Shown: positions 12,501 to 26,600 of the stretch, one piece after another
Layout of the letters: every line of letters starts with the position of its first letter
How positions within the stretch are numbered: the stretch's first letter is position 1
Assembly: GCA_003427395.1 (NCBI GenBank)
Contig: BFEA01000006.1
Location: 1,668,737-1,732,736, forward strand
Reading direction: 5' to 3'
Origin: Chara braunii
Lineage: Eukaryota; Plantae; Charophyceae
DNA length: 64,000 nucleotides
Program-made: the position numbers and the translations under genes
Notes under the pieces: model-generated
What the model was told of the DNA's origin: nothing
The model's input: the letters and a program-made list of their open reading frames with translations, nothing else
Database searches by the model: none

Positions 12501-14389
12501 CCATTTCTCGTGTTACGTGTGTTGGTGTGGGGTGCCCACAGTTCCAAACTTGATGCCGCCATCCGTGCCTTGCTGAAAGGTGGTTTGTTTTTCTTTTCTG
12601 TTTCCTTGTGTTCTTTTTTATTTTTTTGCCAATTTCTGTTTTCTTTTTTGTTGTGCTGGTCGTCCGTTTCTTTTTTCAAAACGGCGGACCGCCAGTGCCT
12701 ATTCGAGGCTCTACCAAGCGTCCACCAGGCCTGCCGAGAGTTTCCATGAATTCAGGAGATCATTTTTTTTTGCCTGGGCGGGGTACTGGTGGTTTAACTG
12801 ATGCTAACAAACTCGTTGCTGATGGACGAATGAGTTCAGTAGCAAAGGTAGAGTCGAAGAATGTATACTTGCAATGGCATTATTTTTGTTACCACCGCCA
12901 ACCTTTTCAATCACAGCAGCTCTAGGGAGTGGCATGATCGTAGACAAGAGCGTGACTGCAGCTGTTTTATTCTCAACTGGACTACATGGTGATAGCCTCT
13001 GATTGTGTGTTGAAGATGACGTTTGGCCTTTTCTTTAGGTGAATCTTTTATACCGTTGGCAGTTGGCTAAGAAAAATTGCTTATGATGGTGAAAACCTGT
13101 GTCCGTGCGTTTGAAGATGATATTTGACCTTTGGTTGACTCTTTTAAACTGTTGGCTGTTAGCTGAGAAAATTGCTTCTGCTTGTCGTTACCTTCAGCGT
13201 CACAAGCATGGGAATTCTCAGAATGGATCGCTTGATACATGATTCTTGTTTCAGTTTTCTCATAGACCGAGGTAGAAGTCTGTGAAACTAACCCTAGAGC
13301 TTGTCGGTGAAAGCGGTAGATGTGTGCCTTGTTGTTCACCAACACTTCACGGAAGAGCTTACATCCTCGCTGAAAATGCTGAAACAGCTTCCATTTTCTT
13401 GAAGACCTAAGTAGAAATCTGCTCAATTGGCTTTGCCATTTGTTGGTAAAGGAGGTGGGCCTGGCCTGGTTGGGCCGTTTGTTGTTGGCCGACCTTGGAG
13501 TGCTGCTCCTCTTTCCTGCTGCAAGCTCCTGCAAGGTTTACATTTTGACCTGATTTTCTCAAGTGATTCCCAACTTAATTTGAACTCTGCAAAAGTTCAA
13601 GCCTAACCAACTTCCATCAATCGGATAATCGTTCAATACAATTGGACCCAATGCATTTCTGCACTGTATTCACTCACTGTCTAATCACGGTCAACTCATC
13701 AATCCATCAGCAGATGTGGTCAAGTGATAGGATGCTACACCAATCTGGCGAGGAGACTGTAAGAAGTTCATCGAATGCAGCTTTCACATGTGAGGTGGGC
13801 CATCTGTCTTGCAGTCCGCATGTAATGACGCTTCCAGCAGTTCTTGTAGATTCTTTTGTCTTTGGTAACCAAACAGAACGGGAAGTTGTCCTTTTACTTT
13901 CTTTTGCATAAAATTCCTGGTGTTGAACCACCTGATATTTGTTTTCCATTGTGGTTTGGAACTTCTCATGGCATTACATATTTTGTGCCCTAACCTATGT
14001 TGCAGTTTCACCCCCTGGCACAAGTTATGCCTTCGTTTACGAACTTCCTGCTGTTATCTTTTGCCATTACTGCTTTGCGCGCACAGGAACTCTCCCAACC
14101 GCTGCTCTGCCTTCGTCATGTCCTTTGGTGCATTCCAGCGCATGGGTATGGTACTGTGGTCATGGAGTGTGTGATATACGATCAAAAGTGCAACATTAAG
14201 AGCTTTGACTTGGCTGCTTTAAGCACATATTCGTATGCATTGCATCATCCTGTTTCATAATCATTTCCAAAGTTCTGGACTGACAAGTTTAGCGTGGCAG
14301 TCTATGGTTTTTGATCTGCCAACGTGCTGGAAAAGTTATGCCGTTTGCAAGTAGAGGAGGAGATGCAGCGTTGTGTTTGCCTTCGTTAC

Positions 14390-15055
14390 TCTCTCTCATC
14401 TCTCCCTACCTCTCTCTCTTCATCCCAACCTCTTCTTCCCTCGCCCTTCTTTCTTCTCCTTCACTCTGTTCCTCCCTCTCCTGCCCCCCTCTGCTCTCTC
14501 CCCCTCTCCCTCGCTCTCTCTCTCTCTCTCGCTCTTCATCCTTCTGCTCCCTCTCTCCAGTCTTGCCGCTTGCTCTCCTTCCTCTTCCCCATCCTGCCAT
14601 ACTCCACTCTTCCCCCCTTTCTTTCCTATTCCCTTCTCTCCCCCTCTCTCCCCCAATGTTCATCTCTCCCTCTCTCCCTCTCCCCTCTCTCCCCTCTCCC
14701 ATCCCTCTTTCCCCTCTTTCCCCTCTCTCCCCTCTCCCCTCTCTCTCCCTCTGTTCCCTCTGTCCCCTCCGTCCCCTCTGTCCCCTCCCTCTCTCCCCTC
14801 TTCCCTCTCCCCTCTCTCCGTCTCTGCTATCTTCCGCCTATCTTTCCCGTCTTTCCCCCTCTCTGCCCTCCTCTGACCCCCTTTCTTTCTCTTGGCGCCT
14901 CTCACCCTCTCTTTCCCACCTCTTTGTTGCTCTCTCGCTCCCCCTGTCACTTTGTTCCCTCCACCTCTCTGTTGCCCTCTCGCTCCCCCTGTCACTCCGT
15001 TCTATCCCTCTCCGTCTCTCCCTCTCGCCCTCTCTCCCTCTCTGCTTTCCCTCTC
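14390..15055. repeat. Polypyrimidine (CT/CCT) low-complexity tract
   Basis: About 660 bp of almost only C and T. Confidence 0.9.
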
Positions 15056-15169
15056 AGGTCTCTGATGTTTTCTTGTATGGTTCAAACCTCCTGCGAAAGA
15101 ACCTCCTCCAAAATACTTTTCCAACTCCACCTTGTGAGGAACCAGTGAGCATGTCTTTGTCACGCACAC

Positions 15170-16110
15170 TTGAATGGTCCATGTTTATCCTGATTCCTCC
15201 CGTTGCTTGTGATAAAGTCTGTTCTCTGGGAAACCGTTCTTATGGGAAAGGCATGTGGTTGATTCGTATAATGTTTCTGTGTAGCAGTTCTGGGCATTTA
15301 TCGTTTTTGTTTTTCTTCTTCCAAGAAACAATTGTGTGGTGAATGCTTCCTGAGCAAGGGCATGCTATTGACAAATCCAAGATGGTCATTTCTGCCTGTT
15401 GGCTTTTCACTTAGTTCATTGCTCTTTTCCGGTTTTCCTGTATGATCCATGTTTATCTTCTTTCCTCCCATTGGTTTTCCTGTATGATCCATGTTTATCT
15501 TCTTTCCTCCCATTGGAGCTTGCAGTTAAGATTGTTCTCTGAACGTATTTGCCATGACGTGGGGGGCTGTTTGCCGAGTAGGATGGGATAGGTGGAAATC
15601 CTTATTATGGGAAAGGCATGTGGTTGATTCGTATAATGTTTCTGTGTAGCAGTTCTGGGCATTTATCGTTTTTTCTTTTTCTTCTTCCAAGAAGCAATTG
15701 TGTCGTAAATGCTTCCTGAGAAAGGGCATGCTATTGACGAATCCAACATGGTCATTTCTGCCTGTTGGCTTTTCACTTATCTCATTGTTCTTTCCGGGTT
15801 TTCCTGTATGATCCATGTTTATCCTGATTACTCCCATTGGAAGCTTGCGGTAAAGATTATTCTCTTAACATATTTGCCATGACGTGGAAATTGCCAATTG
15901 TTTATGCCCCAGGTATTCTATATGGATCCAGTACATGGTGGGTGTTTTGTTTGTTGAAAACCGCTGCTTGTTCTATCAAAGTATTTTTTGCCAGAAGCAA
16001 TTGTGTGGTAAATTCTACATGCTATTGACAAATCCGACATGGTTGTTTCTGCCTGTTGGGCTTTTCACTCAGATCATTGCTGTTTTCCGTCTTTCCTGTA
16101 TGATCCAAGC
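15170..16110. repeat. ~360-bp tandem repeat (~2.5 copies) with an internal ~44-bp duplication
   Basis: TTATGGGAAAGGCATGTGGTTGATTCG at ~15240 and ~15605, with a partial third copy at ~15990-16110. Confidence 0.85.
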
Positions 16111-16250
16111 TGCTTGAATCATCAGTCACTCTTGGTTATGTGTTTACCCCAATGAGAAGTATGCTGTCATGTGTCACAGTGCAGTATGTTCTACGTACAT
16201 GCCCAGGGTAGCAGAAGATTTACATGTGAAGCTGTTTTTTCTTTGTACAG

Positions 16251-16349
16251 GGTGCTGCGCAACGAAGGTCAACCTCACAATGGAAATTCAATGACAATCT
16301 TTGCTGCAGCACACAGAGTGTGTCAACTGCTCTGCCAGGCAAGGAACAG
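16251..16349 (+). CDS. Putative internal exon (GAAQRRSTSQWKFNDNLCCSTQSVSTALPGKEQ)
   Basis: Acceptor TTTTTTCTTTGTACAG, donor CAG|GTAGG, 99 nt and open in phase 0. An alternative donor after 16353 would give the phase 1 needed by the next exon. Confidence 0.55.
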
Positions 16350-16683
16350 GTAGGTTTTTGCGATTGGGTTCTTTCGTGCGTACCTCGTAAAGTTTTCATG
16401 CAAATAACAGGAAGTGGTTTGGAAGATGTGTCAGGAAGCAGTTATGATGTGCTGCTCACTTTCTTGCAGTTTGGAAGTGCAGTGGTTGTGTCTGCAGAAG
16501 ATTTGGTCAATGTCGATTGATGTATCGTTTGACCTTGTATAGGCTGCTCGTTTCCATGTGGTCACAGTATGCGTTGCTTGTGCCTTATTTAATTCCGTCC
16601 AATGAGCTACGATTGTGCTATGTAAATAATGACATGGAAAGAGTATTTCCCTTTGGATCATTCAAGGCTGTTCCTCTTTGCAG

Positions 16684-16799
16684 GGAGTGTTAAATCACCA
16701 GTACCTTGCTCAGGAAAACTTGAGAATCGAAATTGCGTCAATCATGGTGCTTTGGCTGGTGGCGCCAGCCAAAAAAGAAAAGAATGCAGTGGTTCAAAA
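16684..16799 (+). CDS. Putative internal exon (SVKSPVPCSGKLENRNCVNHGALAGGASQKRKECSGSK)
   Basis: Acceptor TTCCTCTTTGCAG and donor AAA|GTAAGT. Reading phase 1 to phase 0 is compatible with the 47233 exon. Confidence 0.5.
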
Positions 16800-16999
16800 G
16801 TAAGTTTGAAGATCCCGAGTTGTAGCGATGAAGTGGGACCAAAGATGCACAGCTCATTAGCACGTGTCTCCCCGGTATGTAAGGGGCATGGGGACGTGAT
16901 GTCATCCTCACCTTCCCCTGGCTTATCAAGGGCAGTCATCAGAGTTCCATAAGGCAACTAGAAAGAAGGGTTGCGCTGTAGAACACGAGCTAGCAAAAG

Positions 17000-17773
17000 T
17001 GAAAGGTATTCCACGCTGCAGACCCCAAATTCGAATCTCAGGGTCAAAGTCTCAGAGGCCAAGTCGGCCAGTGTAAGAAAGGTCACAGTCTGGTACCCCA
17101 GGGTTCAAGTCCAGCAGGTACCCGATGGAGAGTCTCATCCCAGAGGCAAAAGTTGCATTACATAAGCAAAAGGCACGTCTCACATTGAAAGGTCATATCC
17201 CACAGGCAAAGGACACTTTCCCAAACAAAAGTCGTGTCCCACAGGCAAGAGTCACCAGCAACACTCTGGAGGAGCGCTGCAGTAGTAGTAGNAGCGTTAG
17301 CAGTAGTCTTCAGCGCTGGGCGCTATTAGGAGCTAGAGTAGAGTTGGAGAGAGGGAGATGGTTGGCGGAGGGCAGGGAGACTTCCCTGTGGCGCCATAGC
17401 TCTAGCTTCGTCTTCGATGTGCCTGCAACAAGGCGCCTCCTTCACAGGTTAGTACCGGACTGAGAGAGAGAGAGAGAGTTCTTCTTCCTCTTCTAAGTCC
17501 ACCATCTCTCCCTTACCCTCTGACTTCCTAACTTCTCAGTACCTGCAGACTACGAGAGAGAGAGAGATTGGTGACGTTGGGACTTGACGACATTGGATCC
17601 AGACTTGAGATTGGGATTCAGACATTTGACGAGGGGTTATTTGGGACCTGTACCGAAGACTTGGTGTTGACGACATTCCCATCTTCCCTTCTTCTTCGTC
17701 TAACCCCCTCTTCTTTGTCTGTGTATGGTTGGGGACTGGCGCATTCTTCCTGTGTGAACACTAGGCCCCTTCA
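17000..17773 (+). mobile_element. Gypsy LTR (TGAAA..TTCA family), solo or fragment
   Basis: The first ~250 bp are colinear with the LTR at 37489. Ends GGCCCCTTCA. No matching TSD. Confidence 0.55.
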
Positions 17774-18261
17774 CACCATGGAATGATGATGATGTATGTT
17801 TGGGCTGCATTGCAACATTGATTGTTCGGATCATTGGTATTTAAGCCTTCCGCTATGCTATCTTGTACTTTGTGAGAGAGGTCGGTTCTTGTTCTGGTCT
17901 GCACCTTTACGATATGCGACAAAATGCAGGGCTTTGGGGGGGATGACGCATTTCACTTGTGAAAGTTAATTCGATGATTTCCTCAATCGCGCCACGCATA
18001 CAGGTACGTAATCACCATTCCTCCACCTGGCCACTTCTTCGCCCTTCAACTCAAATGTCAAACTCCAAATCTCATCTCCCCCGCCTTAATCTTGCCACCA
18101 TTCACCACTAGCGGATGCAGCAAGTACCAGCTGTGATACCAATTGCATTGAACCTCACTGTTCGTCACCTTGAGCACACACACACACACATTGAGAGATC
18201 TCACGAAATCCACAACGGAGACCAGAGATGCAAAGTCCGAAATATCACAGCTTAGAAAACC

Positions 18262-19969
18262 CGGCAGTTCAATTTAAGGCCCCGCAACATAAGTGGATAA
18301 TCAAACTGCTGCTCATCAAAGAGCTCCCTTGGCACGAAATGGCCTTGCATCAAATTCGGAACGTAGTCCCTTTTGAGGTGGACCCGTCCATAGAAGGCTA
18401 CCACTGGATATTAAACCTGGCCTGGAACCCTAGAAGAAAAGGAGGGAGAGGACTTGCAGACAGCAAAGAAAAGATCCTCCGAGTGAACACTGGGCAACGC
18501 TTATAAAGCACTGGAGGGAATGTTTCCCGCTGAAAATACGAAAACCAAGAATAAGGGAAGAGGTGCTGAGGCAACCGCTGTTCGGCAACCCCCACTTGAA
18601 GGACCAGAACGGCAAACAGTGGACATTAGACACGAAAGGTAAACACTGGAGGAAGTGGATGAGCAAGGGAGTCTGGAAGATAGACCACCTGTGGATCTCG
18701 GAGGAAGGTNGATGGGTTACAGCACAAGAACTAAGNCNTAAGCTCAAGGGGNTCCACAACATTAAGGAGCAGTTAGAAAGAATCCTAGAAAGCATACCCC
18801 TAAAATGGGTGCTGCTACTAAGGAATGAAAGCAAATGGACGGCGGGTGACCGGGCAACCAAGAAGGGCAGGGGGGCACCGTCCGAAGCCTTCAGATTTAT
18901 CAAAATCTTAGACTCGGAAACAGGGAAAGCAGAATTCTGTTCCTATGAACTAAAGGAACCTCTCAGCTCGTGGGCCAAAATAGGTAGATTAAAGGCACCT
19001 AGGCTAGAGGGACAACTAAACAACTACAGAAAGGTCAGGGCCTGCACACTTAAAAGGGGACAGAGGGGTAACCAAGCTATACCTTCTGATCCAAGCAAAA
19101 TAAGGCTATATAGACCCGATCTGGACATAAAAGATNTGGAGGTAGACCCGGCGGAATGGGGATGGTTGGTACCCAACAAAGCAGGGAGTGCCAGAAAATT
19201 GGTACCAATCTATGAATATGAAGTTAAAACGGGATACAGACTATGCAATAAAACATCGGACCCACTACCAGTAATCTCAGAAAGGTGGAAAAAGAACTTG
19301 GAAGAAAGCTCGGACTGGTCAAATCAAATTCCGTGGGAGCAGTATATGAATATAGGCCCAGCAAAGATTAGAAGTCTCCAATGGCTTATAATTTACTGGG
19401 CCCTTCCAGTCAATCAATTGTTGGCCAAGAGGAGAAAACAAGAAGACCCTCTACAACTGAGTGCACAGTGTAAAGTGTGTAGTGAGGGCGTGGAGGAATC
19501 GTTGGTACACTGCCTGATATCCTGTCAAACAGCGTGGGACACGTGGGGGGAAATAAAGGGGAAGTGGACCAAGTTAACGGGATGGGAGTTCCCGTCCAAT
19601 CCGCAGTACCTGCTGACCGGAAGGTTGGAGAACGAGGGTCTAGAGGACTCAGAAGTAGTAGCCGAGTTATGGAGGAGGGCAACTCTGTGGGAGATTTGGA
19701 AAGCAAGGTGCAGAAGCACGTTAGAAGGCCAAACCACAAGCTTGGAAGAGAAAAGGGAGGGAATTAAGTGCACAATGCAAACAGAAATAAGGGCTCGGTG
19801 GCGGAGAGACCTAAAAGAACAACAAAAGATAAGGCTCCCGGATAAAAGGGAATTAAAGAGATTAGCGTTCACCAAAACATGGCTCTTGGGGGGCATAATA
19901 GCAAAGCTAGAAGGGGACAATCTAAGATTCACAAGCTGGGACGAATCCGGGACAGCACAACCACTGTAG
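18262..19969 (+). mobile_element. 5'-truncated LINE (L1-like) ORF2 C-terminus with zf-RVT
   Basis: Trp-rich ORFs with the zinc motif CKVCSEGVEESLVHCLISC and the LWEIWKARC motif. One internal stop at ~18504. Confidence 0.8.
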
Positions 19970-20009
19970 GTACTGCACTGATTATTATAAGAAGATTAGA
20001 AATCTGTTG

Positions 20010-20624
20010 TGGTTGATGGCGTGCGCTGCCTCACCAGTGAACCAATGGCTGCACACTAGGCGTAAAGCTACCAATCCGGATAGCTCGGAGATATGTACAG
20101 TCTGCTTGGCAGGAACGGTAGAGGACATAGTTTACTGCTTGGTGCACTGTGTAGAGGCGACAGATTACTAGGTGAGAGCCTCTTCCCTGTGGGACTCCCT
20201 CTTTTCTTCCCCTTTCCCTGAACAACCCATCCAACTCCTCCTCACTAACATCCCCACGATAACTTGGAGGGCGGAATCGAATTGGTTTGAACTCATCAGA
20301 AAGGTGACCCTATGGGTGATCTGGAAGGAGAGATGTAGCAGATTAATTGAAGGACTATCAAATCCAAGGGACAAGGTATGGAAAGAGTCCAAGTCGATTT
20401 TCCAAGCAGAGACATTGTGCAGATGGAGGAGAATCAAGCTGAAATGGCCCAAGGACGAAGAGCAGCGAAAGAAAGTGAGATCGAAATTGAGCAGGAATTG
20501 GCTGATTAGCGGTAAAATAGCCGAGATCCGGGAAGACCGGGTGAGCTGGAAAGACTGGCACAACTCAATCCCGGATGGGATTGCACGGCAACAGCCACCA
20601 ACGGAGGAAGCAACTATGACTTGA
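20010..20624 (+). mobile_element. Second degenerate LINE ORF2 3' fragment
   Basis: Motifs CTVCLAGTVEDIVYCLVHC and LWVIWKERC. Confidence 0.7.
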
Positions 20625-23600
20625 AGGGTTGGGATCGAAGGAGGTTTCACCGGATTAGGTTGCAGGAGACCGCTTCCACAGGGTCTACCTGCCCTGTCAC
20701 CGCAGCCGTTNNNNNNNNNNNNNNNNNNNNNNNNNNNNNNNNNNNNNNNNNNNNNNNNNNNNNNNNNNNNNNNNNNNNNNNNNNNNNNNNNNNNNNNNNN
20801 NNNNNNNNNNNNNNNNNNNNNNNNNNNNNNNNNNNNNNNNNNNNNNNNNNNNNNNGGGGGGGGGGGGGGGAAAGGGGAAGGAGGGCTGAGATCAAAGAGG
20901 GTGCAGAGTGGGGAGGGTCTCATAAGGAAGTGACGGCAGTATGGGGACACAGAGGGATCCGGTCAACACATCACTGGAAGGCGGAAGCAAAGGGGGACAC
21001 AGAGGGATCCGGACAAAGAGGGTGCAGAGTGGCCAGTCCTTATATTGACGTGGACTGAGCCTTGACTCGTCCCAGCCTCTACTTCCTTTGGCTTGACTTG
21101 GATGGTACCACTGCCTCCTACCTCCTGCACGTGAAGTGCCTGGGAAGTTCCTATGAAATACCTCGTGACTGTCTGCAGCCTGTAGGGCGGGCCAGTCTTA
21201 TATAGTGCTGGCCGGTCCAGGAGGCTGCTCTTGCCAATGCCAAAACGTGCCAGACCCTGGCGTTGAAGTTCAACCAAGGGTTGTCTTGAAAACAGGCCAA
21301 AAATGGCCTGTGCTAAAACCCTGGTCTCGTGCCTAAGTTTCAGGGCAGGTCGATCTTATGAGGGCCTGAAAATGGCCCTCCGTTTCAGGCTGAAAAGATG
21401 CAGGGCCTGGAAGCCCTTGTTTTCAGGCTTTTAGGCTGAAAACACTGGTCGGCCCCTGCAGGCCCTTGTGGCTGCGCAGTATGCCACAATTTGCTGTAAA
21501 TGAATGAATTAGTGTCATGGTACCTTCCCACATCTTGTTGTCGCTGCTGCTGGACAGGACACTTGGTGACGTATCTGATTTTGTCCTGATCAGGTCAGAC
21601 ACATGTGCATGAAGTAGGTTGTGTCTAGGATAGAAGCTCGGCAGCTGGATGACTCACCCATAAGTAGGCAGCATGGGCATGAGCGGCGAGCACTAATAAA
21701 ACAACTCATCTACCCCTACGGCTGGTACTGACTGTCAGGAGACGGAAACGGAGCTGACGCAGTGAGGAACTTCAGTTCCTGGAGAGCACGACATCCTGTC
21801 TGCGTCGGTCAAGAATTCCTGAGGTCCTTGCTGGCTGACCTTAAGCTGTTGATTGCTCACCAGCCTGACAGGGTGGCTGTAGTGACACTGTGGGGAGGGA
21901 AGAACTCTGGTCAAACTCCAATCTGGATTAGATAGATTAAGTGTTGAGAGAGAGGTCCTGTGCCTTCAACAACCATGGATGACTACCCTGTCCGTGCTAT
22001 GGGGTCCACTCCAATTCCTGTTTCCATTGGGGTTCCATCAGGTTTGTGGCATGAATGTTACCATGCAGTCTAGTGGGTCCATGCAGCTATACACAGCAGA
22101 AAAGAAAGCCGAAATTCACTGTAAAGTTTAAACTGGCTGAGAAGAAGAATGTAAAGACGGAGAAAAAAAGAGAGAAAGAGGAGATAAAAGAGAAAATAGA
22201 GCAGGAAAGAAAGAAGATGGAGGAGGAGAAAGAAAAGATTGAGAAAAAGATGAAGAAGAAGGTAGAAAAATTGAAAGCAGAGTTGGAAGAAGAAGAGGTG
22301 GAGGAAGGAGGAGGATTAGAAAGGAGAAGAACTATACCAGAAAGGGAGGAGGTAGCTGAATGCAGCCGTGCTGGGGAGTTAAGACTACGGCAGGTTGAAG
22401 ATATAGACTGGATGGCAAATTTTGGATATCATACAGAGATGCCAGATGAGACAGAGACAGAAACGAATACCTTCACTATGAAGATGGCATCAGCAGCAGA
22501 TGATGAGGATATAATAATATTGTTGGAGGAGAGGAGCACCCTTGCCCAGCGATTGGTTCAGCAGAAAGGGAAGGAGTATGAAGAGAAGAAAAGGCTGAAG
22601 GATGAAGGGGAAAGGCTCCAGGCCCTGTTGATTCAACAGAGAGGAAAGGAAGTTGAAGTCGAGGAAAGTTTCGGCCGTCTCACTGATATACAGCTGCACA
22701 CCACGCAAGAACTGGCTGCACTGCAAAAATTCGTTGGGAAGATAGAGTGGCATTAGGAATTCCCAGGCAAGTGGAACAACTACCTGATCCTGGTCGTTTT
22801 TTAGTGGAAAATCAGGAGAAAGTACAATGTTGTCCACTTCCAAAAAGAAATGAATGAACTTGAGAGGAGAGAGAGGGGAAGAACAAGAAGATGTACACAA
22901 AAAAAGACCAAGGATAATTTCCTTTTCCCCAACCACTCTCCTCCTCATTCTTCCCTCTTATTAAAACAAGAAGTTATAATTGTTATGTTGACTGGCTGAA
23001 CCAGCATCAATGTCCGAATCCCTCTTCTACTGCAGGTATCACATGAGGTCTGCCATAGCCATGGCCACCGTTCTTTCTCCTTCCAAGGCCAAGGCTATGG
23101 GGAATTACCAGGGCATTGCCCTGCTGTCCAAAGGACAACTATGGCCGCTCCTGTTCGGGCCGCCATGCCTGACTCTGCCTCGAAGCTTCTTGGTGAAGCT
23201 CTACCCAACTGTGGCCTTCTTGCTGCAGCGCCCGCCAAGGTGATGAAGATGGCAAGCACCATAGCCGGGTAAGTACCTCTGACGCTCCCCCTTCCTAGTC
23301 CTGGTCTTCTTCTTCCTCCTGTCCTTGCTCCTTCCCCAGCAATGCTGCTCTGATGCTAGTGCTGCTCCAGCCAGCGCTCCAACCGGCATGTCGCCAAACT
23401 TGCACACCGACAATAAGGAGGAGCACTTCGCTCCTCCAGGAGATATAGCGGCCAGCTTGCCTCTTGGCGAGTGACATCCAGGGCTGTGCATCCTTGGACT
23501 CGAGTGTTTTTCCGCTGCTCCATGTGTCGCGAGCCTCTTACCCCGCCACTTGAGTGTTTCCCTGCCGCAACCCTCAATGTCGGCCACAAGTACCGGCCCT

Positions 23601-26600
23601 TTGGGCCTTTCAAATGGACAAGTACCCTTGCGGGTCACGCACACACTCAAACCGACGAGCACTCAGACAGGCACGCAGACCAGCAAGCACCCGCACACTC
23701 AGACTCAGAAAATTCGGCAAAAAGCGGGAAGCTCATCAAGGCATACATTCCATCGGCAAAACTCAGAAATCAGCTGTGTGTCTCAGTCCGTGTTTGGCAG
23801 GTCCTGACAAGGAAGAAGAATTGGAAAAAGAGTTGGAAGAAGAAGAGGTGGAGCAAGGAGGAGGAGGATTAGAAAGGAGAAAAACTATACCAGAAAGGGA
23901 GGAGGTGGCTGAAAGCAGCCGCAACGGGGAGTGGAGACTACGGCAGGTTGAAGATATAGACTGTCTGGCAGATGTTGGGTATCATATAGAGATGCAGATG
24001 AGACAGAGCAAGAAACGAATACGTTCACTGTTAAGATGGCATCTGCAGCAGGTGATGAGCAGAGAACAATATTGTTGGAGGAGAGGAGAAGCACCCTTGA
24101 CCAGCATTTCGTTCAGCAAAAAAGGGGTATGAAGAGAAGAAAAGGCTCCAGGCCCTGCTAATTCAAAGCCGAGGAAAGTTTGGGCCCCCTCACTGATACA
24201 CTGCTGCACACCACCCAAGAACTGTGTGCTGGCGCCTTCTATTTGTGGCGCCAGCTAGACACTTGATTACGCTGCTCGCGCCACACGTTACAACATTGAT
24301 GGAGTACGGCTGAGGAGGAGGATTAGGGAGGTGAGATTGGTCGAATGTGGAAGAAAAGCTTACCTGATTGCGTTCTTTTTGACATTGCGCACTGTTGAAC
24401 GTCTTCAAGAGGATGCTGTAATCAGTTTATTGTCAGATCTCGTCAGGGGAGATTTTTTGCTGACGTGGCGAGTGAGGAGGTGCCTGAAGAAGAAGTCGGC
24501 TTGTGAGGGAGATCTATCTGCAATGATCATGATGGATACACTCTTTTCCACATAAGTCTCATTTCCATTCCCTCAGGTTTTTCTCTGGTTACGAGACATT
24601 GAACTACTTCGATTCTGCGTTGAGAGACTCTGTACTTCGACATTGACGAGCTTTCCATTTGACTGGAGGAGAGTTTTTTTAATTGGGGGGCAGCATTGGA
24701 CACGTACTTGTACGCACAATTGAGTCCGTATTGGGACCGTGTACTTATGGCAAGTTCGTGCCTATGGGGAGACGCAGCAAGCTTCGCTATTTCTCTAGGG
24801 GAGGTCGGATGCACTAGGATCGAGGACTTTTTCAAAGCTTTGAGGGACCGCTTGGAGGACAAGAACTTAGCTCATCGCACATAGTCCCTCATCCTTAATG
24901 TTGGTGACCGCAAGTGGAAGAGTCCGTCGGCACTCAATCCACCATGGACGAACTGCTGCAGCGGACAAGAACTTCGCTCGTCGCACATAATACCTCATCC
25001 TTAATGTTGGTGACCACAAGTGGAAGAGTCCGTTGGCACTCAAAGGCCACCATGGACGAGCTGCTGCAGTGTCCCGAGCATGGATTGACCCCCACTCAAA
25101 TTATGAATAACTTTGCTAGAGCATTGCCATAGCCCCTCAAGAGCCAGTTATATCCCCGTACTAAAGAAGAGTGGATGATATATGAAAAGTTCAGCAAGAT
25201 AGCTCTAGACCATGCTGGATTCCTGCAAGATGCAAACTATTGCCAATATTGGAAGGATTTGCAGGCCGGTAAAAGATGGAAGAACAGGACTATTTCTGAT
25301 CAAGTATAGACTGCAAGGATAATCTCCTGGTCATAGGAGGTGTTGAATCGTTATCATACTACCAGATTAATTATGGTTTAGAAGAGGATAACAACAGCGA
25401 AGTATAGAGTGTAAGACCTTACTGATCAAGTATAGAGTGCAAGGATAATCTCCTGGTCATAGGAGGTGTTGAATCGTTATCATACTACCAGATTAATTAT
25501 GGTTTAGAAGAGGATAACAACAGCCAAGTACCCCGGGAAGGGGACTATGCAGCAGTTGCCTCCCATGGGGGAGGGGGTCAAGGTAGAAGCTGGGGTAGAG
25601 GAGGCTGAGGTAGAGGTGAAGGTTGGGAACCCCCTGCCTAGAGGGGTAGTGGCGAAGGTAGCTACTATGCGGGTGGTAGGGGCTACGATCCCTCGCAAGG
25701 TGGTAGAGGTTCTCCCTTCATAGGGGCTAGAGGTAGAGGCAGGAATTGGCGGCCGTAACCAGCACACCCGAGGATAGCTGAACGGAAACCTAGGGAAGAA
25801 ATGGGTATAGACGAGAAGATTTGGGAAGACGGTCGCAAGGCCTACCAATGCTGTAACTGTGGTGACCCCAACCACATAGTTCCTTTTGTCCATAGTACAA
25901 ATACCCAAAAGGGAACAGCTTCTAGAAGTTCAATTGCCTCTACGGGGACTTCGGACTCAGACAGGAACACAGACGCACGCGCTGAACAGGCACTCTCCTG
26001 TTTGAAGCTCCCAATGGCCGAAACTGTTGCAGGCCCCCACCTAGCTAGTTGTCCAAAGGTTGCTTGTGTTAGGACCTCTTTAAGTTGGTTCCCTCACAAG
26101 CATTAGTGATCAGCTGATCACTCGTCGCCGAGCTTGGGCCAAAATGAATTAGAAGTCAAAGGGGCAGCTAATAATAGCAGATGTGGAGGTAGTAGAGAAA
26201 GAATAGGCGGTTTATAGACAGCGGGTCAAAGCGCAATTATATTACTTCAAGAGGGTTGCAGAAAATGCACGTAGGAATGAAAGTAAAGAAGTTAGGTGAG
26301 CCGGTCATTGGCAAGTTGGTCGATAATAGGGAAATGGTAGTATGTGAGTATGTTGAAGGGGTCAAGGCATACTTTCGGTTGGAGGCAGGGGGCAAGGTAA
26401 ATAAAGTTTTACCCTCTATGACATTCTTAGTGGAGGACAGCCTTCCTTTTGACATGATTTTAGGAACTGATTGGGGGAACGTCGCGTATGCTGGCATTAA
26501 GATGGGTGAGCATGAGTGATGGCTGCCCAGTCCCACACGGGTCTAGAAGAAATTGCGGTTGTATCATGCATCCGACGTAGAGAGTAGTTTGTCCATTTGT

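Larger units (their letters stand above)
18130..21478 (-). mobile_element. Minus-strand Gypsy 5' LTR plus PBS, interrupted by two LINE fragments
   Basis: PBS TGGTATCACAGC (reverse complement of 18130-18141). The LTR end 18144-18260 matches the reverse complement of 47015-47127. Probable LTR start TGCGCAGCC at 21478. Confidence 0.55.

Noticed and set aside
14311-15342. 343-aa and overlapping Pro/Leu/Ser ORFs
   Set aside because: Stop-free only because of the CT tract.
22055-22756. 233-aa Glu/Lys-rich ORF as a host gene
   Set aside because: A degenerate duplicate lies at 23820-24200 and it is embedded in a Gypsy leader/gag region.
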